From Ostrea edulis (lineage: Eukaryota), in contig NC_079168.1 of the NCBI RefSeq assembly GCF_947568905.1, forward strand, positions 28,582,001 through 28,646,000: DNA of 64,000 bases. Direction: 5' to 3'. A model generated the notes under the pieces. It was not told the DNA's origin and did not search any database. It saw nothing but the letters and a program-made list of their open reading frames with translations. Both the position numbers and the translations under genes were made by a program. The number at the start of each line of letters is the position of its first letter. Position 1 is the stretch's first letter. Below are positions 39,720 through 51,817 of this stretch, one piece after another.

Positions 39720-39840
39720 AATTCAGAGGATATATACTCATTAAGATAGATAAATCTTAATTCAGAGGATATATACTCATTAAGATAGATAAATCTTAGT
39801 TCAGAGGATATATACTCATTAAAATAGATAAATCTTCTAT
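39720..39840. repeat. 39-bp repeat x3
   Basis: attcagaggatatatactcattaagatagataaatctta. Confidence 0.9.
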
Positions 39841-40297
39841 ATATTGCTAGAATGTGATACATAATTTTTTTTTCATAATTTGTTTGCATACTTATTGATA
39901 CTGGAGAGAGAAGTTTGTTTAAATTCGATTATATGACATTGTAATAATCAATAGATAAATAATGGAATGAGTCTGGTCGTGCGATTAAATTGTCTATTCT
40001 TGTGGTTTCTAATGATAAGACCACGTGACATTTTTTCTCTTGTGGTTCCTTCTGATAAGACTAGGTGGTATTTTCTCTGTGGCACTTTTCGTTATGGGCA
40101 CAGAGTTGTGAAAAATAGTCAGACCAACATATCAAATCACGTGATATTTTCCCGTTGAGTTTGTTTAACTGAATACTCTCCAGTATTGTGTGTTGTTGGT
40201 AAACATAATGTTAGTAAGGCCAACGTGCACTAGCATATTGAAAGGTATTTAATTGAAATATTTTTTGCGATCATTATAGTGTATTCTTCTTATCGAT

Positions 40298-40428
40298 TGG
40301 TATTTAAACTTCTTCTATACATACCAAGTACACGACTGTTTCGAAATGCACACCTAACTTTCCCCGACATTTTAATCCACACATTGCATGTCCACCTGCA
40401 CAGCTGTGATTTATGTTGAGGAATTCTG
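40298..40428 (+). promoter_or_regulatory. Putative promoter and exon 1 of paralogue 6
   Basis: ggtatttaaacttcttctatac resembles ggcatttaaatcttcttctatat of paralogue 2; GTATGT donor at 40429. Confidence 0.4.
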
Positions 40429-40954
40429 GTATGTAAATAAATACGACCTAATGTGAGTACACCAATAGACTTTTCATAAATGAATATAACCAGTACGTAC
40501 AACAGATAAAGAAGAATGTTTACATTTCCAATGTTTTTGCCTTTGATATCTCTAATAATTGTAATTCGTGCGCGCATTGGTCACAGCTATCATACATTCT
40601 CGAGGATCTGGCTATAATTTCATCATGAATGCGGTACAACTGTGAACAATGAGAGTACGAGTCGTGATAAGAATGCCATGTCCATTCTAACGGCTGGGAA
40701 TTCCGACAGAAAAGTAGAATGTATGTATAAGAAGTCAACTTCATTTTTGAAAATACACGAGGACATGAACTGCGACTCTTTACGTTTGCTAACGCGCTAG
40801 AAGACATTAGACGAAGTAGGTCGGTGTGAAGTATTGCAGTTCATACTCTCATGTATTTTCAAAAATGAATTTTTGTCATAGATAACAATTAATCATAACA
40901 TATCACAAGCTATGAAAATGAAAGAAAGACAACACATAGGTTGAACGTATCAAA

Positions 40955-41700
40955 ATACAGACAAAAGTATAAACACACGGAAAAAGTATCAACACGAAGA
41001 CGAAAATATCAACATACAGACGAAAGTATCAACACAAAAACGAAAATATCAACACACAGACGAAAATATCAACACACAAACGAAAATATCAATATACAGA
41101 CAAAAGTATAAACACACGGAAAAGTGTCAACACGACGACGAAAATATCAACATACAGATGAAAGTATCAACACAAAAACGAAAATATCAACACACAGACG
41201 AAAATATCAACACACAAACGAAAATATCAATATACAGACAAAAGTATAAACACACGGAAAAGTGTCAACACGACGACGAAAATATCAACATACAGATGAA
41301 AGTATCAACACAAAAACGAAAATATCAACACACAGACGAAAATATCAACACACAAACGAAAATATCAATATACAGACAAAAATATCAATATACAGACAAA
41401 AGTATCAAAATACCGACGAAAATATCAACACACAGACGAAAATATCAACATACAGACGAAACTATCAACACACAGACAAAAATATCAACATACACACGAA
41501 TATATCAAAATACCGACGAAAATATCAACACACCGACAAAAGTATCAAGATAAAAAAAATGTATCAACATGGAAACAAAAGCATCAACATACTGAGGGAA
41601 ATGTTAACATACAGGCAAAAAATTAGCATCAACATACAGATGGAATTATCAACTTACATACGAAAATATCAACATAGAGACAAAATGATATACGAAACGA
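40955..41700. repeat. 20-bp minisatellite with a ~139-bp higher-order repeat, in the predicted intron of paralogue 6
   Basis: Unit cgaaaatatcaacacacaga; the marker cacacgg recurs at ~139-bp spacing. Confidence 0.9.
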
Positions 41701-41848
41701 AAGTCTCTATATAAAGACGAATCTTTTGTGTCATGACCATTCTTTATAGGTAGACGATTTCATTAATAATCTAAATCATATCATTATATCAAGAAACACT
41801 GAAATCCATTTCCTATGTTCCAGATGATAACCTCCTTATTTACTACAG

Positions 41849-42406
41849 ATGGACATCATGGATACGACGACTCCGTTAATAAACAGCACCACGCCCTTCC
41901 CACTCGATGAGATTTTTGAGCAGTATAGAGGATGGATTCTCTTTGCTTCCGGTGTTGTGTTCATCTGTCCATTCGTACTCTTCTGTTGCGCATGCATCCG
42001 TGGCTTCTGCAAAGATTGTGGTGACTGTAGCCTGGGGGATTGTCTCCCTTGTGACTGCACGTGTGACTGTACATGTGACGATATAATGGATTTGTGCAGG
42101 TGCAGGCTGTGTTCATCAGTGATAGTAATGTGTGTAGGTGCTTGTATGTCGAAATGTTCCCTACTTTGTGAACGTTTGAGCGTCTGTATCACCGACAGTA
42201 ACGCTACGAATACTAATGTTGCAGTACCATCAGCCCCACCGGTGACAATTCCGATGGTATATCGTCAAAATTCAGGGATAGACGAATACCATACTGATAG
42301 CGAGGGGGAAGCATCTGTCTGTACGGAGGCACCCCCTCCGTCTTATGACAGTGTCGTCTCCGACCCTTATCAGCCACCCCCAAGTTACGAGAAAGTTATG
42401 CAGTGA
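41849..42406 (+). CDS. Single-pass Cys-rich PPxY membrane protein (paralogue 6, 185 aa)
   Basis: Acceptor ctacAG directly before ATG; NST sequon; TM WILFASGVVFICPFVLFCC; CDCTCDCTCD; PPPSYDSV...PPPSYEKVMQ. Confidence 0.9.
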   Translation: MDIMDTTTPLINSTTPFPLDEIFEQYRGWILFASGVVFICPFVLFCCACIRGFCKDCGDCSLGDCLPCDCTCDCTCDDIMDLCRCRLCSSVIVMCVGACMSKCSLLCERLSVCITDSNATNTNVAVPSAPPVTIPMVYRQNSGIDEYHTDSEGEASVCTEAPPPSYDSVVSDPYQPPPSYEKVMQ

Positions 42407-42631
42407 AATTGGAAACAACTTATTATTTAAGCACTATATATTGAATTCACGTTTACGGTTGTTAGAAATATCGCGATGAAGATCACATCTACAGTTGCTA
42501 TGATGATGATTCTTATACTGTAATTCTGTAAACGTTTAAGCCAAAACAAATTGCATTCCTAGCATGGGCAATACAATTTATATTGAATGTAGAGTGACAC
42601 AGGAACAGTTATATGTGCCTTTCTGTGGTAT

Positions 42632-42674
<43 letters not shown>

Positions 42675-42806
42675 CCAAGCAATTGATATCAAACACCCTT
42701 AATTTCAAGGACGCGTTCTAGTATAAGTGATATTGTAAGCTTGTAATTTATCTCTGTATAACATAATTAAGTAACCAACCGAGTTTCACCTTAAAGGTGG
42801 ATTCCT

Positions 42807-42915
42807 CGACTCTCGCACCTATTGTACACGACTCTCGCACCTATTGTACACGACTCTCGCACCTATTGTACACGACTCTCGCACCTATTGTACACGACTC
42901 TCGCACCTATTGTAC
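42807..42915. repeat. 22-bp repeat x~5
   Basis: gactctcgcacctattgtacac. Confidence 0.95.
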
Positions 42916-44322
42916 GCGTTGATACATGTGTCATACTATTTTGATGTCAAAAGATCATGTCTCCAATACCAATTGTTCATTGAAAGTTCAATAAAATATT
43001 TCAAACCAATATGTTTTAAAATTGAAGAACACATTCTAATTTTTTGGAATAAAAAGACAAGACACCATCCTAAATAACATTTTGTGAAGTTTACATTCTT
43101 TTCCTAGATCTTTCCAATAACACTCCCATATCTTAAAGATATTTTCATTACTATAAAATCACTGTTTTCTATGAGGAGGGGTAATATTTGCCGTTTTCGT
43201 GCTGAGGCTTTACACTTGAACCCCTCGGTAAACTCTTTAATAAACAAAGAGAGTTGTTTTCTATGTCATTAAGCATTCTCGAGTGACACTCAGTGCGTCT
43301 GGTAAGCAAGATTATCACTAGGTAGGGTGAAATAGGAATCCAAACACACAGAGAAAAATTGTCACCTTGACTGTCAGTTTTCTGTAGGCCCGATTCAAAG
43401 CCACGTTCAAGATCTAAACGTTAGTCTAGTATGTGTGTGAATATAAACGTTAGTCTAGTGTGTGTGTGAATGTAAACATTAGTGTAGTGTGTGTGTGTGT
43501 GTGTGTGTGTGAATGTAAACGTTAGTCTAGTATGTGTGTGAATGTAAACATTAGTGTAGTGTGTGTGTGTGTGTGTAAATCTAAACGTTAGCCTAGTGTG
43601 TGTATGAAATTAAACATTAGTCTAGTATGTGTATGAATGTAAACGTTAGTCTAGTATGTGTGTGAATGTAAACATTAGTCTAGTATGTGTGTGTGAATGT
43701 AAACGTTAGTCTAGTATGTGTGTGTAAATCTAAACGTTAGTCTAGTATGTGTGTGTAAATCTAAACGTTAATCTAGTATGTGTGTGAAATTAAACGTTAG
43801 TCTAGTGTGTGTATGAAATTAAACGTTAGTCTAGTGTGAGTGTGAATATAAGATTAGTCTATTGTGTGTGTGAATGTAAACATTAGTGTAGTGTGTGTGT
43901 GTGTGTGAATGTAAACGTTAGTCTAGTGTGTGTGTGAATGTAAACATTAGTGTAGTGTGTGTGTGTGTGTGTGAATGTAAACGTTAGTCTAGTGTGTGTG
44001 TGTGAATGTAAACATTAGTGTAGTGTGTGTGTGTGTGTGTGTGTGAATGTAGACATTAGTCTAGTATGTGTGTGAATATAAACATTAGTCTAGTATGTGT
44101 GTGTGAATATAAACGTTAGTCTAGTATGTGTGTGAATGTAGACATTAGTCTAGTATGTGTGTGAATATAAACATTAGTCTAGTATGTGTGTGTGAATATA
44201 AATGTTAGTCTAGTATGTGTGTGTGAATCTAAACGTTAGTCTAGTGTGTGAATATAAAGATTAGTCTAGTGTGTGTGTGAATCTAAACGTTAGTCTAGTA
44301 TGTGTGTACATCTAAACGTTAG

Positions 44323-44384
<62 letters not shown>

Positions 44385-44495
44385 ATAAACGTTAGTCTAG
44401 TGTGTGTTTGTGAACCGAAACGTTAGTCGAGTATGTGTGTAAATCTAAGTCTAGTATGTGTGTGAATGTAAAACTTATACGGTACCAATTTTGAT

Positions 44496-44539
44496 GCACC
44501 AGATGCGCATTTCGACAAATAATGTCTCTTCAGTGATGC
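44496..44539 (-). ncRNA. Minimal type I hammerhead ribozyme, intact core
   Basis: GCATCA-CTGAAGA-GACA-TTATT-TGTC-GAAA-TGCGCA-TC|TGGTGC: stem I GCATCA/TGGTGC, stem II GACA/TGTC, palindromic stem III, AUC triplet. Confidence 0.8.
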
Positions 44540-44846
44540 TCAACCGAAATGTTTGAAATCCGAAGTAACTATGAAGTTTTAGAGCTAAATGTAGCCAAAA
44601 ACAGCGTGCCAAAAAAGTGGAGTCAAATTCGTCCAAGGATAAGAGCTATGCACGAGGGAGATAATCCTTAATTTTGAAATGAATTTCTAAATTTTATAAC
44701 AGCAATTAAATATACATCCGTATTTTCAAGCTAGTAAGGAAGTACTAAGCTACTGGGTTGTAGAGACCCTCGGGGACTAACAGTCCACCAGCAGAGGCCT
44801 CGACCCAGGGGTCATAATGTAAAACTTATACGGTACCAATTTTGAT

Positions 44847-44890
44847 GCACCAGATGCGCATTTCGACAAATGATGTCTCTTCGGTGATAC
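44847..44890 (-). ncRNA. Second hammerhead motif with a core U4->C change
   Basis: GTATCA-CCGAAGA-GACATCATTTGTC-GAAATGCGCATC|TGGTGC. Confidence 0.65.
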
Positions 44891-46994
44891 TCAACCGAAA
44901 TGTTTGAAATCCGAAATAACTATGAAGTTTTAGAGCTAAATGTAGCCAAAAACAGCGTGCCAAAAAAGTGGAGCCAAATTCGTCCAAGGATAAGAGCTAT
45001 GCATCTAAGTCTAGTGTGTGTGTAAATCTAAACGTTAGTCGAGTATGTGTGTAAGTCTAAGTCTAGTATGTGTGTGAATCTAAGTCTAGTATGTGTGTAA
45101 ATCTAAGTCTAGTATGTGTGTAAATCTAAACGTTAGTCTAGTATGTGTGTAAATCTGTGTAACAATGGGAATGTCTGAATGGAATAAGTGTGATGAATTG
45201 TATAAAACAACATTTTTTGAGACTCTCTTTTCGGTGATATGCTAAGTATATAACTCTGTTAATCCGGTGGAAACATCAGCGTGCGTTTAGAGCTGTACAG
45301 TGCTATTATGATTTCGTATCTGACTTACATGTAAGTATGCAGCCAGGAGTCTGTTCGTATTCTTTATGAGGATGAACTTGATCGATCATTAGTACCAGTT
45401 TACGTTGTTTGCGGTGCTAAAATTTGTTTCTGTCTTACATAAAATCTTGCATTGCAGACGAAAGTTTTCAAATTCATTTCATGCTTAAGTCCATTGGATA
45501 TTCTACCTTGCATGCCAGGCCTGTGTTTCACTACAAGTGGCCTTGACTAAATATCCATAGGGTGGTGCATTGTGTGAATTGAGCAACATATGTAAGTAAG
45601 AATACCGCAAGGATAAAAAGAAATTCCACCCAACCTTATTTTGTCAGTTCAAATGTTAATTGTCACTTATATAATTTCTTTACAAATTCGTACATTATGG
45701 TATTGCCTTGATATCCGCTCTATTATCTTCCAAAGTTGGTTCCCAGAGGGGAAAGGTCGGGTAATTCCCGAGGGCTGATACCGGGACCAATATCAAAACA
45801 TATGTGTGTTTTATCATCTGCAGAACTAGCTCTTGAAATATACCAATAGATACACACAGGTCCTATAAAAACCTTCCATTTGCAACACAACTATTTCTGT
45901 GCACGATTGAGGTCGCATTTTGCAGTTTTCTTGCATCGCCGCCTCAATTTCAATATACAAAATCCTAAAATACTTGTGTCAAAAATACCTGTTCACATTC
46001 ATTAAAGCTCCATTGTAACCGAAGATTCGTAACATCAATAAATTTCATTTGTTGACATAAGCATGTTATGTCCTGACAGCTGTTTCTATCATATATCTAA
46101 AACACACAAAGTAAAATGCAAAGTATTGTTGATGTACACTACATTTGATAGTCTTTGAGTTTGGTACAATCAGAAAGAGGCATGAAACAGTACTTTACTA
46201 TTTCCGGAAAAACCTGTATAAATGGGAATTGAAAATGGTTCTGCTTCCGGAATTTTAAGTTGCTGCTTTACACACCATCACTTTACTTTAATGTGGAAAG
46301 AAATGCGATTCAATTATGTTGTGTTTATAACTTGTTTCAAGGATGTGTGAGGAAAATGACGAAATATCAGTACGAGGTGCCCGGCTCGTATTCCTGCCTG
46401 TGTAATTAACTTATGCCCGTCGTGAGGGGATATCTGGTGCGATACATGCTGAACTCTGTCGATTGAATTCCTTGAAATTTTCTATATTCTTAGAATAGTT
46501 CTAGCCAGTCATACAAAGCTTTCAAACATTCATCCGTTTGACAAAATAACCCCATTTTTATATCGGTTATTTTTCCTAAGTTTTGACATTTTTTCTTTCG
46601 AGACAGATGTAACGCGGTTTATTACAAGTACATATCCTTAGAATATTTCCATTTCTGTCGCTTATTGGATCAGGTTCCTGACTATTAAGGATTTCCTTCA
46701 TCAACTTTTGATTCCTATATAGAAACACAGTTAATGTTGATTGTTTAAAAAAAAACACCCACATGTATCTATATTAAAATTACATACTAGTATATATGTC
46801 GCCTGGCCTACTTGGCTGAAAGCGTATGTTTTTGCGGACTTTTGAAAAGACTTCTATCAAATTTTAGAAAGAAAAAATGCATGCGTTAAATGTGTGGCAG
46901 TGCTTTGTTTTAAATTTTTCATGAAATATCAAAGTAATTTTTACTTAATATCTTCATATTCTCTTCAATTAAAGGAGAAAATAAGATTTGATGA

Positions 46995-47295
46995 CGGAAT
47001 AGTCTCTTAGTCAGGAATTTCTCAGCCCTCAGAACGATGATAGTCTCTTAGTTACAGGACGAGTCAGCAATATTTCAGCACTCAGGACGAGATAATCTCT
47101 TCGTTACAGGGCGAGTCAGCAATATATCAGCCCTCAGGACGAGATAATCTCTTAGTTACAGGGCGAGTCGGCAATATCTCAGCACTCAGGACGAGATAAT
47201 CTCTTCGTTACAGTGCGAGTCAGCAATATATCAGCCCCCAGGACGAGATAATCTCTTAGTTACAGGGCGAGTCAGCAATATCTCAGCACTCAGGA
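46995..47295. repeat. 52-bp minisatellite (~5-6 units)
   Basis: Unit atctcagcactcaggacgagataatctcttagttacagggcgagtcagcaat. Confidence 0.9.
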
Positions 47296-47394
47296 AAATA
47301 CAGTGTCGGGTCCGTGATGCTGTCTCGGTTAGTCTAAATCACAGCTATAAATACACTTCTAAGTATGAAAGATCAATTAGTTAATAAACAGTTA

Positions 47395-47590
47395 TCAATC
47401 TTAAAACTCATATTAAGAATACAAAATAGAGAGTTGGGCAAACACGTACACTGTACCAGAGGTGGGATCAGGTGCCTAGGAGGAGTAAGCATCCCTTGTA
47501 GACCGGTCATACCCGCCATCAGCCCAAAATCTTGATCATGTAATTGGAGTAATCCGAAGTCAACATCAGTGTGTCAAGATTGGCCTAACA
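47395..47590 (-). mobile_element. Naiad-like 3' module
   Basis: ...gttgggcaaacacg...ccagaggtgggatcaggtgcctaggaggagtaagcatcc... Confidence 0.8.
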
Positions 47591-47759
47591 AGTATATGAC
47601 TAATATGAGATAGATCAACGTGACGTAATCAAGAAGAAAGAGCTGAACTGACTTGGACAAATGAAATAGCAATATTGATAGTGGTGAATTGTGGAATGGA
47701 CTCGGTCCTCCATTTCCTAACATTGGTGGCTAGTCCTACAATTTTGTTACATTATGTAG

Positions 47760-48570
47760 GACTCCAAAGTGCGATGGTCTGCGCCAAAGCCTGATGGTGC
47801 GGCACGCCAAAGTGCGATGATCCACACTCATGTGCCAAAGTGCGATGATGTGAGACGCCAAAGTGCAATGGTACATATTAATACGCCATAGTGCGATGGG
47901 GATGACACACTGAAATCCGTTGGTTTGCAAACCTGAATGGACAGTGTTTTGGTACAGACTGTACCAACCGAGTGTTGTTTCACCAAAATATCAATGCAAA
48001 CAATATTAAGAATAAGGAGTCCATGTTTCAATACCATTTTGAATAGTTGTCGTATTATCAAACACAAACATTTTCAACGCAAAATCGTATACAATGTTTT
48101 GCATTATAGCATTCCCCCTCCCAGGAATTGATCACGTGTACATCACAGTAGATATTTCGACAACAAATTTACTTTGCTGTTCTCACAATCCTTAGCAGTG
48201 TAAACCTTGCCCTTGCTATCGTCCATATCAGTTTTCATCACCCATGCCTTCCTACAAGACGTTGGTGCCAGCAGAAAGAACCTTCGTTGGGGCAAATTAA
48301 CAAATATATTTCTTCGGTTTGACTTTGAAAGACGTTACGATAGACGTCATAATAACGTGACGTTACAAACGTCACTGAACTCTGCATCCATTTGCCCCGC
48401 ACCATCGGACTTCAGTGTGTCAAACCATCGCCCTATGGCGTGGTGCGCATATAAATGATGGGTCATCACACTTTGGCGTAGCGTGTCTATATAGGAGAGA
48501 AACCATCGCACTTTGCCGTCCGTAACGTCAACAAGCCATCACACTTTGGAGCGACCATCGCACTTACTCT
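47760..48570. mobile_element. Degenerate DNA element with inverted subterminal repeats
   Basis: aaagtgcgatg occurs several times on the left and ccatcgcacttt several times on the right; no clear TIR or TSD. Confidence 0.4.
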
Positions 48571-49387
48571 GACGCTATTCTAGTGCCTAATACGGAGGAA
48601 TTGATGTGATAATTAATGATTTGTTAGACCGTGGGTTATCTACTAAAACATATTTTATTATTTCACTGAATATACCCGAGTGTGGATTGGTCAACAGTCA
48701 TTGCCTATACAAACGTTTTCTCCATACGCATAGAATAAACAAAACAATAATTCTTTTTGTAACGGCGAAAATGGAAAACAGTTTGATAAGATTTGATTAT
48801 TCCATTTATTGTACATGTCTCCAAATATGACGATGAGAAATTCGAAAATGAAATTTACATTCAAATTCTAATTGGTTCGATGTTTTATCATTATAGTAAT
48901 AGACATGTCTATATATTTCAGTATGAGCGGAAAATCCAGTCTATTCACTTCGTTTTCACCGTTTTAATGTCCGCAATGATGGCACGAGGTTTCCGAGTAC
49001 TCCCTTCACTGGACGCCAGACTAACATTAGGACAATTTTCACCAGTTCGAGGACTACTCCAAGAATAAGCGTCAAAGGATTCGCCATATCCTGCAAGTAC
49101 ACAACCACTGAAGTATCACATTGCTCAGGAAGGCATAATTTAATTTGATTCCTTATTACAAAATTAATACCCCATTTCCACTGTCACAAATTTTGAAAAG
49201 GTACTACGAACAGAAGAAAGTCAACATTGGATGTGCAGACGTCTTCATGAGGTTTCATATCAAGTTATGTAACGTTCGTCGGTGTAATTTTGTGTTAATA
49301 TATATATTCGAAGCACAGGTAAACAGTTTGCTTAGATTGTTTTGGGGGGAAAACCCCATTCACGTCTGATGGCTTGATTTCACGTTC

Positions 49388-50355
49388 GTTTTGTATAGTG
49401 TGACTATTGCCAGGTATTCGTCTTGTATAGTGTGACTATTGCCAGGTATTCGTCTTGTATAGTGTGACTATTGCCAGGTATTCGTCTCACTTTGTATCAG
49501 TTTGTTCGTCTTGTGTAGTGTGACTATTGCGAGGTATTCGTCCTCACTTCGTATTAGTTTGTTCGTCTTGTGTAGTGTGACTATTGCGAGGTATTCGTCC
49601 TCACTTTGTATCAGTTTGTTCGTCTTGTGTAGTGTGACTATTGCGAGGTATTCGTCCTCACTTCGTATTAGTTTGTTCGTCTTGTATAGTGTGACTATTG
49701 CCAGGTATTCGACTTGTATAGTGTGACTATTGCCAGGTATTCGTCTTGTATAGTGTGACTATTGCCAGGTATTCGTCTTGTATAATGTGACTGTTGCCAG
49801 GTATTCGTCTTGTATAATGTGACTGTTGCCAGGTGTTCGTCTTGTATAGTGTGACTGTTGCCAGGTATTCGTCTTGTATAGTGTGACTGTTGCCAGGTGT
49901 TCGTCTTGTATAGTGTGACTGTTGTCAGGTATTCGTCTTGTATAGTGTGACTGTTGCCAGTTATTCGTCTTGTATAGTGTGACTGTTGCCAGGTGTTCGT
50001 CTTGTATAGTGTGACTATTGCCAGGTATTCGTCTTGTATAGTGTGACTATTGCCAGGTATTCGTCTTGTATAGTGTGACTGTTGCCAGGTATTCGTCTTG
50101 TATAATGTGACTATTGCCAGGTATTCGTCTTGTATAGTGTGACTGTTGCCAGGTATTCGTCTTGTATAATGTGACTATTGCCAGGTATTCGTCTTGTATA
50201 ATGTGACTATTGCCAGGTATTCGTCTTGTATAGTGTGACTATTGCCAGGTATTCGTCTTGTATAGTGTGACTGTTGCCAGGTATTCGTCTTGTATAGTGT
50301 GACTATTGCCAGGTATTCGTCTTGTATAGTGTGACTGTTGCCAGGTATTCGTCTC
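49388..50355. repeat. 32-bp minisatellite with 50-bp variant units
   Basis: Unit tcgtcttgtatagtgtgactattgccaggtat. Confidence 0.97.
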
Positions 50356-51769
50356 ACTTAGTATTAGTTTCAATAACAGTTGTCTCTTTTTTATCAAAAG
50401 GACTGAAATATGCACGAACGAGACGAAAGCAGATAGAGTATCACATGAAAGTAAGGCAATAGGGAAAATACCTGGGGATTATGATATGATCACATGCACG
50501 CGATGCGAAACCGAATGCCACACAATGAGAAAAATGTAAGATTACTATGCTGCAACATACATCAGAAATAACGATATGTCAGCACATCGCTAGCAAACAA
50601 ACAAAATATTGCAATAAACATTTAGACGAGAAACAATGCTAAAAGACAATGTTGTTGTGTTAGATACTTGACCTTCAAACTAGCTCTGGCTATTAGTTTA
50701 ACCCTTTAGCTCGATCAGACGAGCACTGGAATGTTGTTAAAGAGATCCCGGGGTCGATCTTCAGCAGAGGTATATATTTGTATCGAGCAAAGCCGAAGAC
50801 CCGTCCTGCGAAGCAAGACTATAAAGGTAATACACATGTGAAAGAAAAAAATAATGAGAAAATCAACAAATGAATAGAGATAATCTCTAAAATACGTTCA
50901 CTGAAAATTTTGTGATCCGTATGGTCGCCGCCATTTTCTTTTGTTCATTAGTGGCTTCTACGTTTATTCGTATTTTAATTTGGAATACCAAAAATACACG
51001 ACTGGCGTGCAGTTTATAATCATACACTCAGTCTGTTAAAAATGAATGGTATAATCATCAACAGTTTTTAACCAATCATCAAATAGGCAAAACATTAATA
51101 CGACTAAATAGATGAATGGGTCATGAGTTTCTTTAAATCAAAGTATACGATAATTTTACTCTTACTGTTTTAGTACTTTGAATTTGGTGGTTAATTTTAT
51201 TTAGTTTCAAATGTCTTTTAAATTGCAAACGGGGTGTATTGTTGTTGTTTATAATGGTTTGATTTGAAAGAGAGAAAATAGTCGAAGTTAAATGTGACGT
51301 CACAATACACGGTTACGTTGGCTAGCGTTTTATTCCCCCACGGTAAAATGAATAGGCGGATCCTGTAGCAATCCTCATATATTCCTTCCTTTGGTATTTA
51401 GATGTTACTGGGCATTAGTGCAAGGGTAATTTCATAAATGAAATACATATATATTTTAAAGTGAATTCTAATTTACTCCACTTAATCGAATTATGATTGC
51501 CAATGACCAGTTCATGCATCGCTCGGTCCAACGGTCACACCGTATATATTATTTGTTACAATAATATGTCGCTTTAAATTATTCCGACCCTTGTCTCTCA
51601 TTAACCAGCTGTTCGTGGTCCGAGATCTCAGAATCCCAGGAAAACATAAAGAACCTCAAACACTTTCACACAGTCCGTTGAGGGATCTACGAAGTACTTA
51701 AAGCTCCAAGTCTAGAGTCCCCTCAGAACAAAACATAAAACAAGTATGGCATTCTTGAGAAATCATATC

Positions 51770-51817
<48 letters not shown>

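Larger units (their letters stand above)
44466..45003 (-). mobile_element. Hammerhead-bearing 351-bp partial tandem (retrozyme / solo PLE pseudo-LTR)
   Basis: 44466-44652 is repeated at 44817-45003; each copy carries a type I hammerhead motif on the minus strand. Confidence 0.8.
43412..45158. repeat. ~26-32 bp minisatellite with a variable (GT)n spacer, interrupted at 44466-45003
   Basis: Unit aaacgttagtctagtatgtgtgtgaat(g)t. Confidence 0.95.

Noticed and set aside
41158-41714. Lys/Gln/Thr-rich ORFs
   Set aside because: A 20-bp satellite within the predicted intron of paralogue 6.
8965-50355. Regular 30-52 bp repeats as possible CRISPR arrays
   Set aside because: Units are head-to-tail with no unique spacers, there are no cas genes, and the context is eukaryotic.
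50695-50775. Degenerate tRNA/SINE head (tagctcgatcag...ggggtcgatc)
   Set aside because: Too diverged to fold or assign, and no body or tail is recognisable.
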